Shown here: one piece after another, positions 27,867-40,000 of the stretch
How positions within the stretch are numbered: the first letter of the stretch is position 1
Layout: the number at the start of each line of letters is the position of its first letter
DNA from: Malacoraja senta
Lineage: Eukaryota
Reading direction: 5' to 3'
DNA length: 64,000 bases
Assembly (NCBI GenBank): GCA_038087875.1
Contig: CM075991.1
Span: forward strand, 1,302,001-1,366,000
Notes under the pieces: model-generated
What the model was told of the DNA's origin: nothing
Seen by the model: only the letters and a program-made list of their open reading frames with translations
Database searches by the model: none
Program-made: the position numbers and the translations under genes

Positions 27867-29759
27867 CTAGACCAAGTGTGAACCCATTGGGCCCGCTCCC
27901 CCAACGGAATATTCCACCAAACTGCGCATGTGCGGCTGCCTCGTTCAAAATTGTGCCTTTAACGGCAGAAATTAAGTTAAAGTTAATAAATTGAAGAGAG
28001 GACCCGTGGAGTCGTTTGTAAAATGAATGAATAGGTTATTGGCCAATTATTCACATACAAGGAATTTGCCCTGGTGCCCCGCCCGCAAGTGACAATATGA
28101 CATACAGTGACAGTTAGGAATGACACATAAAATATTAAACATTATTGATTAAATATGTGAATTAAATATAATACCAGAGCAAAAGGAGGCTACAGATTTT
28201 TGGTTATTGAGGAGAGCTACTACTCGTGGAAAAAAGCTGTTTTTATATCTGGCTGTGGCATCTTTGACGGTCCGGTCGCCTTCCAGAGGGAAGTGATTCA
28301 AAGAGTTTGTGGCCAGGGTGAGAGGGGTCAGAGATGATCTTACCCGCTCGCTTCCTGGCCCTTGCAGTGTACAGTTTGTCAATGGAGGGAAAGTTGCAGC
28401 CAATAACCTCAGCTGATCGGACGATTCGCTGCAGCCTCCAGATGTCGTGCTTGGTGGCCGAGCCAAACCAGACCATGATGGAGAAGGTGAGGACAGACTC
28501 TACGATGGCCGTATAGAATTGGACCATCATTGCCTGTGGCAGATTGTGCTTCCTCAGCTTGACTGTGGAGTCGATGGTAGCCCCCCATTTAAGTTCCTTG
28601 GAGATGATGGTTCCCAGGAACTTAAAAGACTCCACAGATGTGACTGTGGTGTTGTTGATGGTGAGTGTGGTGAGGGGAGGGGGAGCTCTCCTAACGTCTA
28701 CAATCAATTAGAAAAATAGAACGTGGAGCCGTTGGGTCCCCACTGTGAAGCCAAGCCAGTACATGCGAAAAAAAGACATGGCGATTTAAAAAAAAGAAAT
28801 TTGGGACACCTTTGTGATGCCGAACAGGGCTGATTGCCAGGAAAAGTGTTATTTGTAAAGTTTAAAATGTCAGTAACTTGTAAAATATACCATGAATCTG
28901 AACGAAACTTGCTACATCACATGGTAGACAAAAATGCTGGAGACTCAGCGGGTGATGCGGCATCTATGGAGCGAAGGAAATAGGCAATGTTTCGGGTTGA
29001 AACCCTTCTTCAGACATCACATCACTGGGCAATGGTGTAAATGAAACATCTCCCGTATTCCACCCCCCCACAATGAAAAACCTCCTCCCAAGAAATCCAA
29101 ACGAGATTCCATTGTGATGTACCCATTCCCCCAACGCAATAGCCCACTCACCCATAAGCCCCAACTGCACAAGCACGGCTCATACTCACTTCCCCCTCGT
29201 CTGCACCCTCTCCTCCTCCACTCCCTCTTTTCCCTACCCTCAATCACTCCCTCCCTCACCACTTTCACACTCCCCCACTAAACACAATGTTTAAATAACA
29301 TTTCTTCTCCACTCCCCCCCTCTCCTTACAACAATGTAAGAAATCTCTCATTGCACCGGCTGGAGCTTATCCCAACACTGTTGATTGACAGCTAAGATCC
29401 CATTGTGATGTAATTGTCGGGTGGCGGAATGTTCACGGCCGCATATGTAAATGAGATCCCATTGTGATTGGAGGACTGTGAGATCCCATTGTGACGTCAT
29501 AGCTGCTAACTGCCACAATCTCCGATCAACCGTCACAGCATCTGTCAAGTTATTCTTCTCAAAGGGGTGTTTTTAAACTTGTAAATATCAATAACTTGTG
29601 AAATATAACATGAATGTGAACTAAACTGTATATGAACGACCACGGGACTAAGGTGAGAAAGGTGGTGCAAAATATTTTAGCGCTACCGTGTACCCTTTTG
29701 ACATAGGTCCCAGATCACATACAGAAAGAAACAAACAAGATGAGACTATTAGTAATATA
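27867..29759 (-). mobile_element. Degenerate non-autonomous Helitron unit(s) with nested Rex/Babar and pLTR insertions
   Basis: CTAG|T 3' end at 27867 with decayed hairpin; internal blocks shared with 29760-31462. Confidence 0.6.
28023..28710 (-). mobile_element. Rex1/Babar LINE 3' fragment
   Basis: VESFKFLGTIIS, QFYTAIVESVLTFSIMVWFG, DPSHPGHKLFESLPSGRR, RYKNSFFP. Confidence 0.85.
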
Positions 29760-31462
29760 CTAGACTAAGTGGGACCCGTTGGGTCCCATTCTCACACAGG
29801 AGGCCTGGTCCCCCAAAACGCAATATTCCACCACTCACGCATAGCCCCCAATTTCGCAGGTGCAGCTGAGGGGTTCCCGTTGTGACGCCCCTGATCCCCC
29901 CCTCCTCCCCTCAACCCCCCACTCCGCCCCTTGCCCTCCCCCCCTCCCCCCTCCACGCACTCACTCCATCCCCCATCCACTCTTAACAGCTCTCCGGCGG
30001 CGCAGCCATTCCCTCCCATTGGGTTCCCATTGTGACGTAGAACACGCAGGTATTACTGCGCAGGTGCAGCTGACGGGCACGGCAAGTGGAAAAGGGATTT
30101 ATTAAAGCTTAAGATGTGAATAACTCTTAAAATATAACAACAATTTAAACGTTAGAGATTTATTCAGTCCATTTTTTCTTGTTGCGTCTCTTGTTGCGTT
30201 CTGCAGCCGGGCGGAGGGGCGGCTTCAGGCGGGGCTGTCAGGGGCAGGTGGGGGAGGGGGACGTCTTCAGGCGGTGGCCAGTGGGCTTTCTGGAGGGCTA
30301 GTATGGGTGTTGTCGGCCAAAAGGACTGGTTTCCAGAGGGCTAGTATGTACATTCTGGGCCAAATGCATTCTTGGGCTGGTCCTGCAACTGAGGGACGGG
30401 GAGGCATCAGGTGGGGGCCGGCTGGAGCGTTCTGTAGCCGGGGGAGGGGGACGGCTTCAGGCAGTGGCCAGTGGGGGGGCGCGAGGGGAGGAGGATGGGG
30501 GTGTGTGGGCAGGGGTTGTGAGCCTTCTGGACACAGTTCATTCACGGCTTGTGGACTCACAGTTCAGTCATTCACGGTTTGTGGACTTCCGGACTCAGCG
30601 CGACGTGGACTCAGTTCACTCAGCCACGGCTTGTGGACTCACAGTTCACTCAGCCACGGCTTGTGGACTCACAGTTCACTCACGGCTTGTGGACTCACAG
30701 TTCAGTCACTCACGGCTTGTGGACTCACAGTTCAGTCACTCACGGCTTGTGGACTCACAGTTCAGTCACTCACGGCTTGTGGACTCACAGTTCAGTCACT
30801 CGCAGCTTGTGGGCTCACAGTTCAGTCATTCACGGCTTGTGAACCTCTGGACTCAGGCTCGACTTCCGGACTCAGCACCGCTTGTGGACTCAAAGTTCAG
30901 TCACTCATGGCTTGTGGACTCTCCGTTCACTCGCTCACGGCTTATGGACTCACAGTTCACTCACTCATGCCTTGTGGACTAAAAGTTCACTCACTCACGG
31001 CTTGTGGACTCACAGTTCAGTCACTCAAGGCTTGTGGACTCACAGTTCACTAACTCACAGCTTGTCGACTCAGTTCACTCACTCACGGCTTGTGGACTCA
31101 CAGTTCACTCACTCACGGCTCGTGGACACACAGTTCTGGACTCAACTCTCACTCATGGCTTCCGGGCTGACTGACTCATGCCCGGCCTCCGGGGCTTTAT
31201 TCTCCTCGCCTCCGGGAGAGGCGTTATCTTCATGGTGAATGACAGGGGAGAAGACCAATCTGCTGTTCTCACGATTTTTTAAACCTTCATAACTGTTCTA
31301 ATATTCCACCGATCAGAACAAAACTTGGTGCGCTCAGAGCAGAGGAGAACGGCAAGTAAGGTGGCGAAAAAAATCCTCGCTATATAGGATACCGTTTTTA
31401 TGCAAATTGTAAAAAAGCAAAGACTGTAAGTGTCAAGAGGAGAGTTTTAGTAATAGTATAGA
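29760..31462 (-). mobile_element. Non-autonomous Helitron carrying a minisatellite
   Basis: Minus strand A|TCTATACTATT... 5' end; 3' hairpin TGGGACCC-AAC-GGGTCCCA a few nt before CTAG|T. Confidence 0.8.
30530..31150. repeat. 30-bp minisatellite CACGGCTTGTGGACTCACAGTTCAGTCACT
   Basis: About 20 tandem copies, several perfect (30681-30800). Confidence 0.95.
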
Positions 31463-31818
31463 TAGATAGATATAGATATATAGATGTGCAGGATAAGTTT
31501 TATTTACAGAGGTGATGAGTGCTTGCAACATGCTGTTTTAAGCAGATATGTTCTTGACATTTAAAAGACTTTTGGATAGGCACAGGGAATGGAGGGATGT
31601 GGGTTATGTGCAGTACATACGTGACGGCCTTGACATCATATTTGGCACATAAATTGTAAGCCAAAGGGCATGTGCATATGCTGCACTTTTCTGTGTTCTA
31701 AATTTAACCATTAATGGACCAGGATGATCATTAACCGCTGAATAAATCATAACTTTGCCCCGTCCTCCACGTACACCAATTACACCAGCAAAAAAAAAAA
31801 CAAAGTCCAGGAATATCG

Positions 31819-32078
31819 GTGGCATAGTGGAGCAGCTGATAGAGCTGCTGCCTCACAGCACAAGAGAACCAGGTTCGACCCTGACCACCGGGTGCTACGG
31901 TTTCCTACCACACGCCAAAGATGAGCGGATGGGTTACTTAATTGGCCTCTCAATTGCCCCGAGTGTGTAAGGAATGGAGACAAAAGTGGAATAACGTAGA
32001 ACTAGTGTGAAAGGATGATAGATAGTGTGGACTCGGTGGGCTGAAGGACCTGTGTCTGTGCTCTATTGCTGAACTAAA
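31819..32078 (+). mobile_element. tRNA-derived V-type SINE, internally deleted
   Basis: gctgctgcctcacagc...ggttcgacc...cggtttcctaccacacgccaaag...ggtgggctgaagg. Confidence 0.7.
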
Positions 32079-32480
32079 CGGGTTAGGCAGCATCGCTTGA
32101 GCACTTCAGGTCAGGATTCTTCTTCAGACTGATTTTACTAAGGGGTAGAAAGCTAGAAATGAGTTGGGGGTGGAGCAAATTCTGGCAAGGGACAGGTTGT
32201 TACAGAAGAGTGGGGCTTTTCTATGTAGATGAGGGTGGACAAAGGCCAGAGATGACAAAAATAAAAGGGTATAAGGAGAGAAGATTACAATGTGAAGCCG
32301 GAGGGAGGCATATAGGTGGAAGAGAACTGGGGGGGGGGGGGAAATAATGGAGAAATGTACACACACAAAAGTGGGGCACAGGGAACAGATGGGACAAATT
32401 TAAAGCACAGCCATGCTTATAATGATCATGGAGGAATTCTAAATCTCTTTCCTCTTAATAAAATTATGGCTTTAACTTAC

Positions 32481-32568
32481 CAGGTGATGTCGTAGATAGT
32501 GCGTGTATGGAACCCAGACAGGGTACAGACGCATTTCCACGAGAGATCTGACCCACTGCACACCACAC
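32481..32568 (-). CDS. CIAO1: CIAO1 exon 6
   Basis: gtacag|GT...TG|gtaagt; (G)VVCSGSDLSWKCVCTLSGFHTRTIYDIT(W). Confidence 0.96.
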
Positions 32569-33141
32569 CTGTACCATATATAATAAAAAACACATCAAAT
32601 TTCCAGTGCATACAGCTAATGCCACTCAGAAAGGCACCAAACCTTTGTGGAACCATGTTCTTAAATCAAAAATATGTTCTTGATTCCGACTGATCTGATC
32701 GGGATTAAACAGGATATTTATTACGCATTTTAGCATCAGTAATCTCAGCCTCAAATTAATCTGGGCTGTAAATATCCATCTATGATAATCTGTAGATAAT
32801 TAAACATTTCAACAGCAACCTGCTCCTCATGCTTGCTATCAAATTTGGCTTCCAACGACATAAAAGTAACTAACTGACAACAAGCCATGCAGCAGTTAAT
32901 ATTTTTGCATTAAGGAACAAAAAGCAAAATTTGAAAGATTTAAATATAACATCCTGCTCAAATATCCTTGGTGGCTGTTCCTAAGATTGAAGTAAATCCA
33001 CCACTCAGTACCTACATCGCCGCTTACATCGACAGACACAGACGCAAGGGGAACTATCTGACCCATTTCCACACTATATATTTCTTCTGTTGGTTTCACC
33101 AAAGAGCAAGAACTTTGTGGCACCCACTGTAATTTCTTTAC

Positions 33142-33343
33142 CTTGTTCATTACCAGGTCTGTACGCTTTCCAAATTTTCACAGTTTTGTCATCGCTGCAA
33201 GATACTAGATGGTCCCCCGTTTTATCAAAAGCGATGCTCCAGACAGTGGACTCATGACCTTCCAGGGTGTTGGTACAGACCCAGTCGTCATCCTCCTCCT
33301 TGTAAAGCTTAATGCTGTTATCATAACTTCCAGAAGCCAGGAG
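33142..33343 (-). CDS. CIAO1: CIAO1 exon 5
   Basis: acacaag|CTC...CAA G|gtaaag; [67 protein letters not shown]. Confidence 0.94.
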
Positions 33344-33449
33344 CTTGTGTAAAGTTCAGAGATATACATTAAATATCAGAAACTTAATGCCGTTATTATC
33401 ATTTCCAGTAGCTTGGAGAATTCAGAAATATATATTAACCATCTTAGAT

Positions 33450-34624
33450 CAATAAGCCAGTTCGGTATTCCGAAAAACGCAAGGAATCCTTCGCTCCATA
33501 GATGCTGCCTCACCCGCTGAGTTTCTCCAGCATTTTTGTCTACCAAGGAATCATGGGATTTGTCATTCGAGAATAAAAAAAGCAAACAGGTAGCAGGGGA
33601 GAGCGGGGTGTAACAGCGAGAGAGAGGAGGTAGATGCGAGTGGGAGACAGGGAGAGACGGTGAGAGGTGGGGGAGAGAGGTTTCAGTTAGACAGACGACC
33701 ACTGGTAAAGCCATGGCTCGTTGCTTCCAGGAGAGTGGAGAAAATGTCCTCACTGGAGAGAATGCAACGTCAGAACCCCTCGTCTCGACCGCGCTAGAGA
33801 TTTCCACGGGCGCACGGAACAATTGACCAAAAGTTTGCATTGAGTGAACTGAGTGTTCTTACCGTCCTCGTTGTACCGAGTGGTTGGATCCTGGGATCGA
33901 GGATTCAGAGCCCGACAGGTAAGCGGCCCGCGGCACCTGGTGCCTCTCCGCTCACTGCTGGAAGAACTGACACCTCTACTCCCCGGGGCGAGCGCTGCCT
34001 CCTCGACCCCGCTGCTCGGCGGCGACCGGCTAGGATTCCAGAGCATCGGCGATGCCTCACATCAGCTCCTGATCCCCCGCCGCCTGTCCGGATAATTTGA
34101 CCGACGTTGGTTGAGCTGAAGTTGGGATCCAACCACTCTCACAAAACAGCGAGGACGTTTTAGGTCATTTGTTCCTTGCGCCCGTGGAAATCCCCGCTCC
34201 CAGCCGTCGTGCAAAATTCTAATGTGTAGTCAGAAGGAGGGTCTTCTATCCAGAGGTCCGTGGACGCGAGTGTCGGACCAGGCCCGCAGCCAGTGAGGAG
34301 GGGAGGCACCGGCTCCAGCTCGACTCTGCCTGTCCCGCCGTCGGGACGGGCAGGGTTGAGCTGGAGTTGGTGCTTCTTTTCCGCGCCGCCTGTCTCTGGC
34401 GGGACAGGCAGAGCCGAGCTGGAGCCGGCTTCCCCCCTCCCGTCCAGCTCCTGCCGGCCTGGGGCCGCCCCGGACTGGACACTCGGGAGGGGACGGTCCT
34501 GCGGCAGCGGGTTAGGGACGAGACGCAGGTCTGCACCCATGCAGCGGAACGGCCACTGAAAGTGTTTATCCCGAGCGACCCACGACCTGTGCATGCGCAG
34601 TCGGAATACCGAACTGGCTTATTG
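33450..34624. mobile_element. Non-autonomous TIR element, superfamily unassigned
   Basis: Perfect 24-bp TIR CAATAAGCCAGTTCGGTATTCCGA; flanks TTAGAT/TTATAT. Confidence 0.8.
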
Positions 34625-34772
34625 TTATATTGATTTTCCCTCGTTAAGTTCTTCACAACATACATTACCTGACTGCGGCATGCTCACTGTATTACAATAC
34701 ATTTGGGATCATCATGCACAGACCTTCTGGAAATTAGTGTCAGACACTGGAACATGCTTATTACAAACTCAC

Positions 34773-34861
34773 CTCTCCATTTGGGTGCCAGATCACATGT
34801 TTGACATCTTGGGTGTGAGCATTCAACACACTCACACATTCATAATCATCATCCTCGTCCA
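34773..34861 (-). CDS. CIAO1: CIAO1 exon 4
   Basis: tgcag|TG...GAG|gtgagt; (V)[29 protein letters not shown]. Confidence 0.96.
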
Positions 34862-35394
34862 CTGCAACAAAATTAAGTCAGCAGTAGTGTAAATCATCCC
34901 CACAACTCATTTCACAGAGCAGGTTTCTCACTGATTAATGTAAAAACTATATGGCAGCCAAGCACTTTACAAAATAAGGTATTCTCGATTATTATTGATC
35001 CAACTATATTGTTTCTGCTGAAGACATTTTCCTTTTCAATGCTCTAAATCATGGACACCAAGGTGAGGTTCCATCATTCAGGCACATTCAATTTTACGGA
35101 TCTTAAATCCATTTTCCCTGAATCATCATCTTAACAAAAAATACTTGATGTCACTAAAAATGATGCAGCTTCAAATGATGCAGCCTTCTGGAGAGCATAT
35201 CAAACATTATGTGAAAGCAATTCAAAATGTCAATATGTTGATCAATTCCAGCAAAACGTATACCCATTCCAGTAGTTTTCGTTGACTATTTTGTTCTTAA
35301 CTAAATTATTTTTCTTAGTATTAATGGATGTACAAATATCTTCGCTTCCCCCAGGGTTGCTGGGTTCGCCAATTAAAAAATATTCATGTGTCTT

Positions 35395-36110
35395 TCTTGG
35401 ATGCGCATTATGTTCAGTTTTGGCCATCATGTTATAGAGAGAATGTTATCAAGCTGGAAAGGGTACAGAGAAGATTGAGTAACTCAGCGGGACAGGCAGT
35501 ATCTCTAGAGAGAAGGAATGGGTGATGTTTCGGGTCGAGACCCCTTTTCAGACTTCTAAAGAAGGGTCACGACCCGAAACATCACCATTCCTTCTCTCCA
35601 GAGATGCTGCCTGTCCCGCTGAGTTACTCCAGCTTTTTGTGTCTATCTTCGGGTTAAACCAGCATCTGCAGTTCCTTCCTTTACAGAGATGTTGCCAGGA
35701 TTCAAGGCTATAGGGAGCTATAGGGAGAGGTTGAACAGACGGCCTTTATTCCTTGGAGCACAGGAGGATGGGGGATGATCATACATGATCATGAGAGGAA
35801 TAGATCGGGTAAATGAACACTGTTTTTTACCCAGAGTAGGGGAGAACCAGAGCACATGGGTTTAAGGTGAGGGGGCAAGATATAGTAGGAACCCAAGAGG
35901 TAACTTCTATTTTTTCACAGAAAAGGTAGTGGGTATATGGAACAAGCTGCTGGAAGAGGGATTTGAGGCAGGTATTATCATAACATTTAAGAGATATTTG
36001 GGGAGGTACATGGATAGGATAGGATTAGAGGGTTATGGGCCAAGCACAGGCAGGTGGGACTGGTGTAGATGGGGCACGTTGGTCGGCATGGGCAAGTTTC
36101 AATGCTGTGT
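35395..36110 (+). mobile_element. CR1 3' fragment with nested palindromic Penelope pLTR (35477-35680)
   Basis: YVQFWPSCYRENVIKLERVQRR interrupted by the insert; CR1 3' UTR follows. Confidence 0.75.
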
Positions 36111-36468
36111 GACTAGAGGGGATGGAATCTGAGGATGGTACATATGGAACAAGCAGCCACAGGTAATGGCTAAGACTGGTACTTATGACAACATTTTTAA
36201 ATTATTTCAACAGGTGCATGGATAGGAAAGGTTTAGAGGGTTGTGGGCAAAATGCGGGCAAAAGGGATTATTTTAAATGGGGAGCTCAGTCAACATGGAT
36301 GAGTTGGGCTGTTTCCATGCTGTATAACTATTATCATGTCACACTTGCTCACTCATGATTTATCTTTGCAACATTATTCTTATTCATACTCAGCATTGCT
36401 AAACATGTTCAAACCTTCTCGCCTTTACCAACTGATAAACAGGCTCAGTTTTTAAAATATCCTCTCAC

Positions 36469-36580
36469 CTTCCCAAACCCACACACTTTTATCTCGGCTG
36501 CACGTTGCCAAGAGATTACCCGATGGAGCCCAGGCAACAGACTTCACTTCATTCTCGTGCCCTTCCAGAGTTGTCAGACA
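36469..36580 (-). CDS. CIAO1: CIAO1 exon 3
   Basis: gacag|TGT...GAA G|gtgag; [37 protein letters not shown]. Confidence 0.96.
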
Positions 36581-36827
36581 CTGTCAAGAACAAAACATTT
36601 GGACTAAGCATCTTATAATCAGTCCACAAAGGCCAACAAACTGCTTTTTTTAAAGTAACCATACTGCATCTATACTGTGAGCAATTTACTGAGTTCAAAG
36701 GATTCCAAAATAAAGTCAATTAAAGAACTAAGAAAGGGAATTACAGCCCTTGATCTCCATCATTCATGAAGATCGTGGATAATCGGATCTTGGCCTCAAA
36801 TTCACTCCCCTGCCTGTACCTTGTAAC

Positions 36828-37079
36828 TTGGTGTGGGAGGAGTGGCGTCCGGGCTGTGAGTATAACCCTCGACCGCGGGGCTTGTTTTACAGAGGCCCAG
36901 GAACCGTTGGTGTGGGAGGAGCGGCGTCCGGGCTGTGAGTATAATCCTTGACCGCGGGGCTTGTTTTACAGAGGCCCAGGAACCGTTGGTGTGGGAGGAG
37001 CGGCGTCCGGGCTGTGAGTATAATCCTCGACCGCGGGGCTTGTTTTACAGAGGCCCAGGAACCGTTGGTGTGGGAGGAG
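36828..37079 (+). repeat. 79-bp tandem monomers at the CR1 5' end
   Basis: Units start at 36828, 36907, 36986 and a partial unit at 37065. Confidence 0.9.
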
Positions 37080-40000
37080 GAACCTAAATCTGTAACGTTC
37101 CACTCGCATTCCACAGTTCAAAACAAGTGGGCTTGAGGAAGCCGCTGATTGGTGGAAGCGGACTAGAGGAAGCAGCTGATTGGGTGTCAGATCCCTGCTG
37201 ATTTCTTCCAGCAGTTTGTATTGTAATTGTATTGCACTTTGTATTGTATTGTATTGCACTTTGTATTGTATCCAGGGTAAGGGAGGAGTATGAGGGCCAG
37301 GGCAGTTTACTGTTCTGGATGTCAGATGAGGGAAGTCTGGAGTCTCATAGCCCTCCAGACGTCCACATCTGCGCCAGGTGCGTCAAGATGGGGCTCCTAA
37401 GGGACCGTGTCAGGAACCTGGAGCATCAGCTCGATGACCTCCATCTGGTCAGGGAGAGTGAGGAGGTCATAGAGAGGAGTTATAGAGAGGTGGTCACTCC
37501 AAAACCACGAGAGACAGACAAGTGGGTCACAGTTAGGAGGGGCAAGGGGCAGAGGCAGGGACTAGAGAGTACCCCGGTGGCTGTACACCTTGACAATAAG
37601 CACTCCTGTTTGAGTACTGTTGGGGGGGACAGCCTACCTGGGGTAGCAACAGCGGCCGGGCCTCCGGTACAGAGACCGGACCTGTTGCTCAGAGGGGTAA
37701 GGAAAAGAAGAGGAGGGCAGTAGTAATAGGGGAGTCTATAGTTAGGGGGTCAGACAGGCGATTCTGTGGACGCAGTCGGGAGACCCGGATGGTAGTTTGC
37801 CTCCCTGGTGCCAGGGTCTGGAATGTGTCTGAACGTGTCCAAGATATCCTGAAATGGGAGGGAGAGGAGCCCGAGGTCGTGGTACATATAGGTACCAATG
37901 ACATAGGTAGAAAAAGGGAAGAGGTCCTGAAAGGAGAATTTAGGGAGTTAGGAAGAGAGTTAAGGAAAAGGACCGCAAAGGTAACAATCTCAGGATTACT
38001 GCCTGTGCCACGCGAGTGAGAGTAGGAATGGAGCGAGGTGGAGGATAAATGCGTGGCTGAAGGACTGGTGCAGTGGGCAGGGATTCAAGTTTCTGGATCA
38101 TTGGAACCTCTTTTGGGGAAGGTGTGACCTGTACAAAAAGGACGGGTTGCACTTGAACCCGAGGGGAACCAATATCCTGGCGGGGAGATTTGCAAAGGCT
38201 ACTGGGGAGACTTTAAACTAGAACGGTTGTGGGGAGGGACTCAAATAGAGAAAGCTAGTAGAGTGTGTGAGGCAGGAGGCAGAGAAGGGAAGCACTCAGA
38301 CCCAACATGTAGGGGGGAAAGAACAAAAAGATAATAAACAGAGAATAAGAGGTGGTGGGTTTCTTAAATGTGTGAGCAGAGAGACAGAGGGGTGTAAAAT
38401 GAGGGTAGAAGCAATAGGTAGCAAGGTGAAAAGTAAAAGTGGTAGACAGGCAAAAATCAAAAATGGCCATTTTTCAACATAATTGTATAAGGGTGTTGTA
38501 AAAACAAGCCTGAAGGCTTTGTGTCTCAATGCAAGGAGCATTCGTAATAAGGTGGATGAGTTGAATGTGCAGATAGCTATTAATGACTATGATATAGTTG
38601 GGATCACGGAGACATGGCTCCAGGGTGACCAAGGCTGTGAGCTGAACATCCAGGGATATTCAATATTCAGGAGGGATGGACAGAAAGGAAAAGGAGGTGG
38701 GGTAGCGTTGCTGGTTAGAGAGGAGATTAATGCAATAGAAAGGAAGGACATTAGCTTGGAGGATGTGGAATCGGTATGGGTAGAGCTGCGAAACACTAAG
38801 GGGCAGAAAACGCTAGTGGGAGTTGTGTACAGGCCACCTAAGAGTAGTAGTGGAGTTGGGGATGGCATCAAACAGAAAATTAGAAATGCGTGCAACAAAG
38901 GTAAAACAGTTATAATGGGTGACTTCAATCTACATATAGATTGGGTGAATCAAATTGGTAGGGGTGCTGAGGAAGAGGATTTCTTGGAATGTATCCAGGA
39001 TAGTTTTCTAAATCAACATGTAGAGGAACCAACGAGAGAGCAGGCTATTCTAGACTGGGTATTGAGTAATGAGGAAGGGTTAGTTAGCAGTCTTGTTGTG
39101 CGTGACCCCTTGGGCAAGAGTGACCATAATATGGTTGAGTTCTTCATTAGGATGGAGAGTGACATAATTAATTCAGAAACAAGGGTTCTGAACTTAAAGA
39201 AAGGTAACTTTGAGGGTATGAGATGTGAATTGGCCAAGATAGACTGGCAATTGATTCTTAAAGGGTTGACGGTGGATATGCAATGGAAGGCATTTAAAGG
39301 CTGCATGGATGAACTACAAAAATTGTTCATCCCAGTTTGGCAAAAGAATAAATCAGGGAAGGCAGTGCATCCGTGGATAACAAGGGAAATCAGGGATAGT
39401 ATCAAAACAAAAGATGAAGCACACAAATTAGCCAGAAAAAGCAGCCTACCAGAGGACTGGGAGAAATTCAGAGTCCAGCAGAGGATGACAAAGGGTTTAA
39501 TTAGGAAAGGGAAAATAGATTATGAAAGAAAACTGGCAGGGAACATAAAAACTGACTGCAAAAGTTTTTATAGATATGTGAAGAGAAAAAGATTTGTTAA
39601 AACAAATGTAGGTCCCTTGCAGTCAGAAACAGGTGAATTGATCATGGGGAACAAGGACATGGCAGACCAATTGAATAACTACTTTGGTTCTGTCTTCACT
39701 AAGGAAGACTTAATTAATCTGCCGGAAATAGCAGGGGACCGGGGGTCAAATGAGATGGAGGAACTGAGTGAAATCCAGGTTAGCCGGGAAGTGGTGTTAA
39801 GTAAATTGACTGGATTAAAGGCCGATAAATCCCCAGGGCCAGATAGGCTGCATCCCAGAGTACTTAAGGAAGTAGCCCCAGAAATAGTGGATGCATTAGT
39901 GATAATTTTTAAAACTCTTTAGATTCTGGAGTAGTTCCTGAGGATTGGAGGGTAGCTAATGTAACCCCACTTTTTAAAAAGGGAGGGAGAGAGAAAACGG

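Noticed and set aside
30274..31238. Repeat-protein-like ORFs; superficially CRISPR-like periodic array
   Set aside because: These are translations of a 30-bp minisatellite. There are no unique spacers or cas genes, and the context is eukaryotic.
33750..34665. GC-rich ORFs in CIAO1 intron 4 as a nested gene or transposase
   Set aside because: They lie inside a TIR-bounded element and show no DDE or other recognisable motif.
36828..37079. Possible CRISPR-like repeat array
   Set aside because: Contiguous near-identical 79-bp units without spacers, attached to a CR1 5' end.
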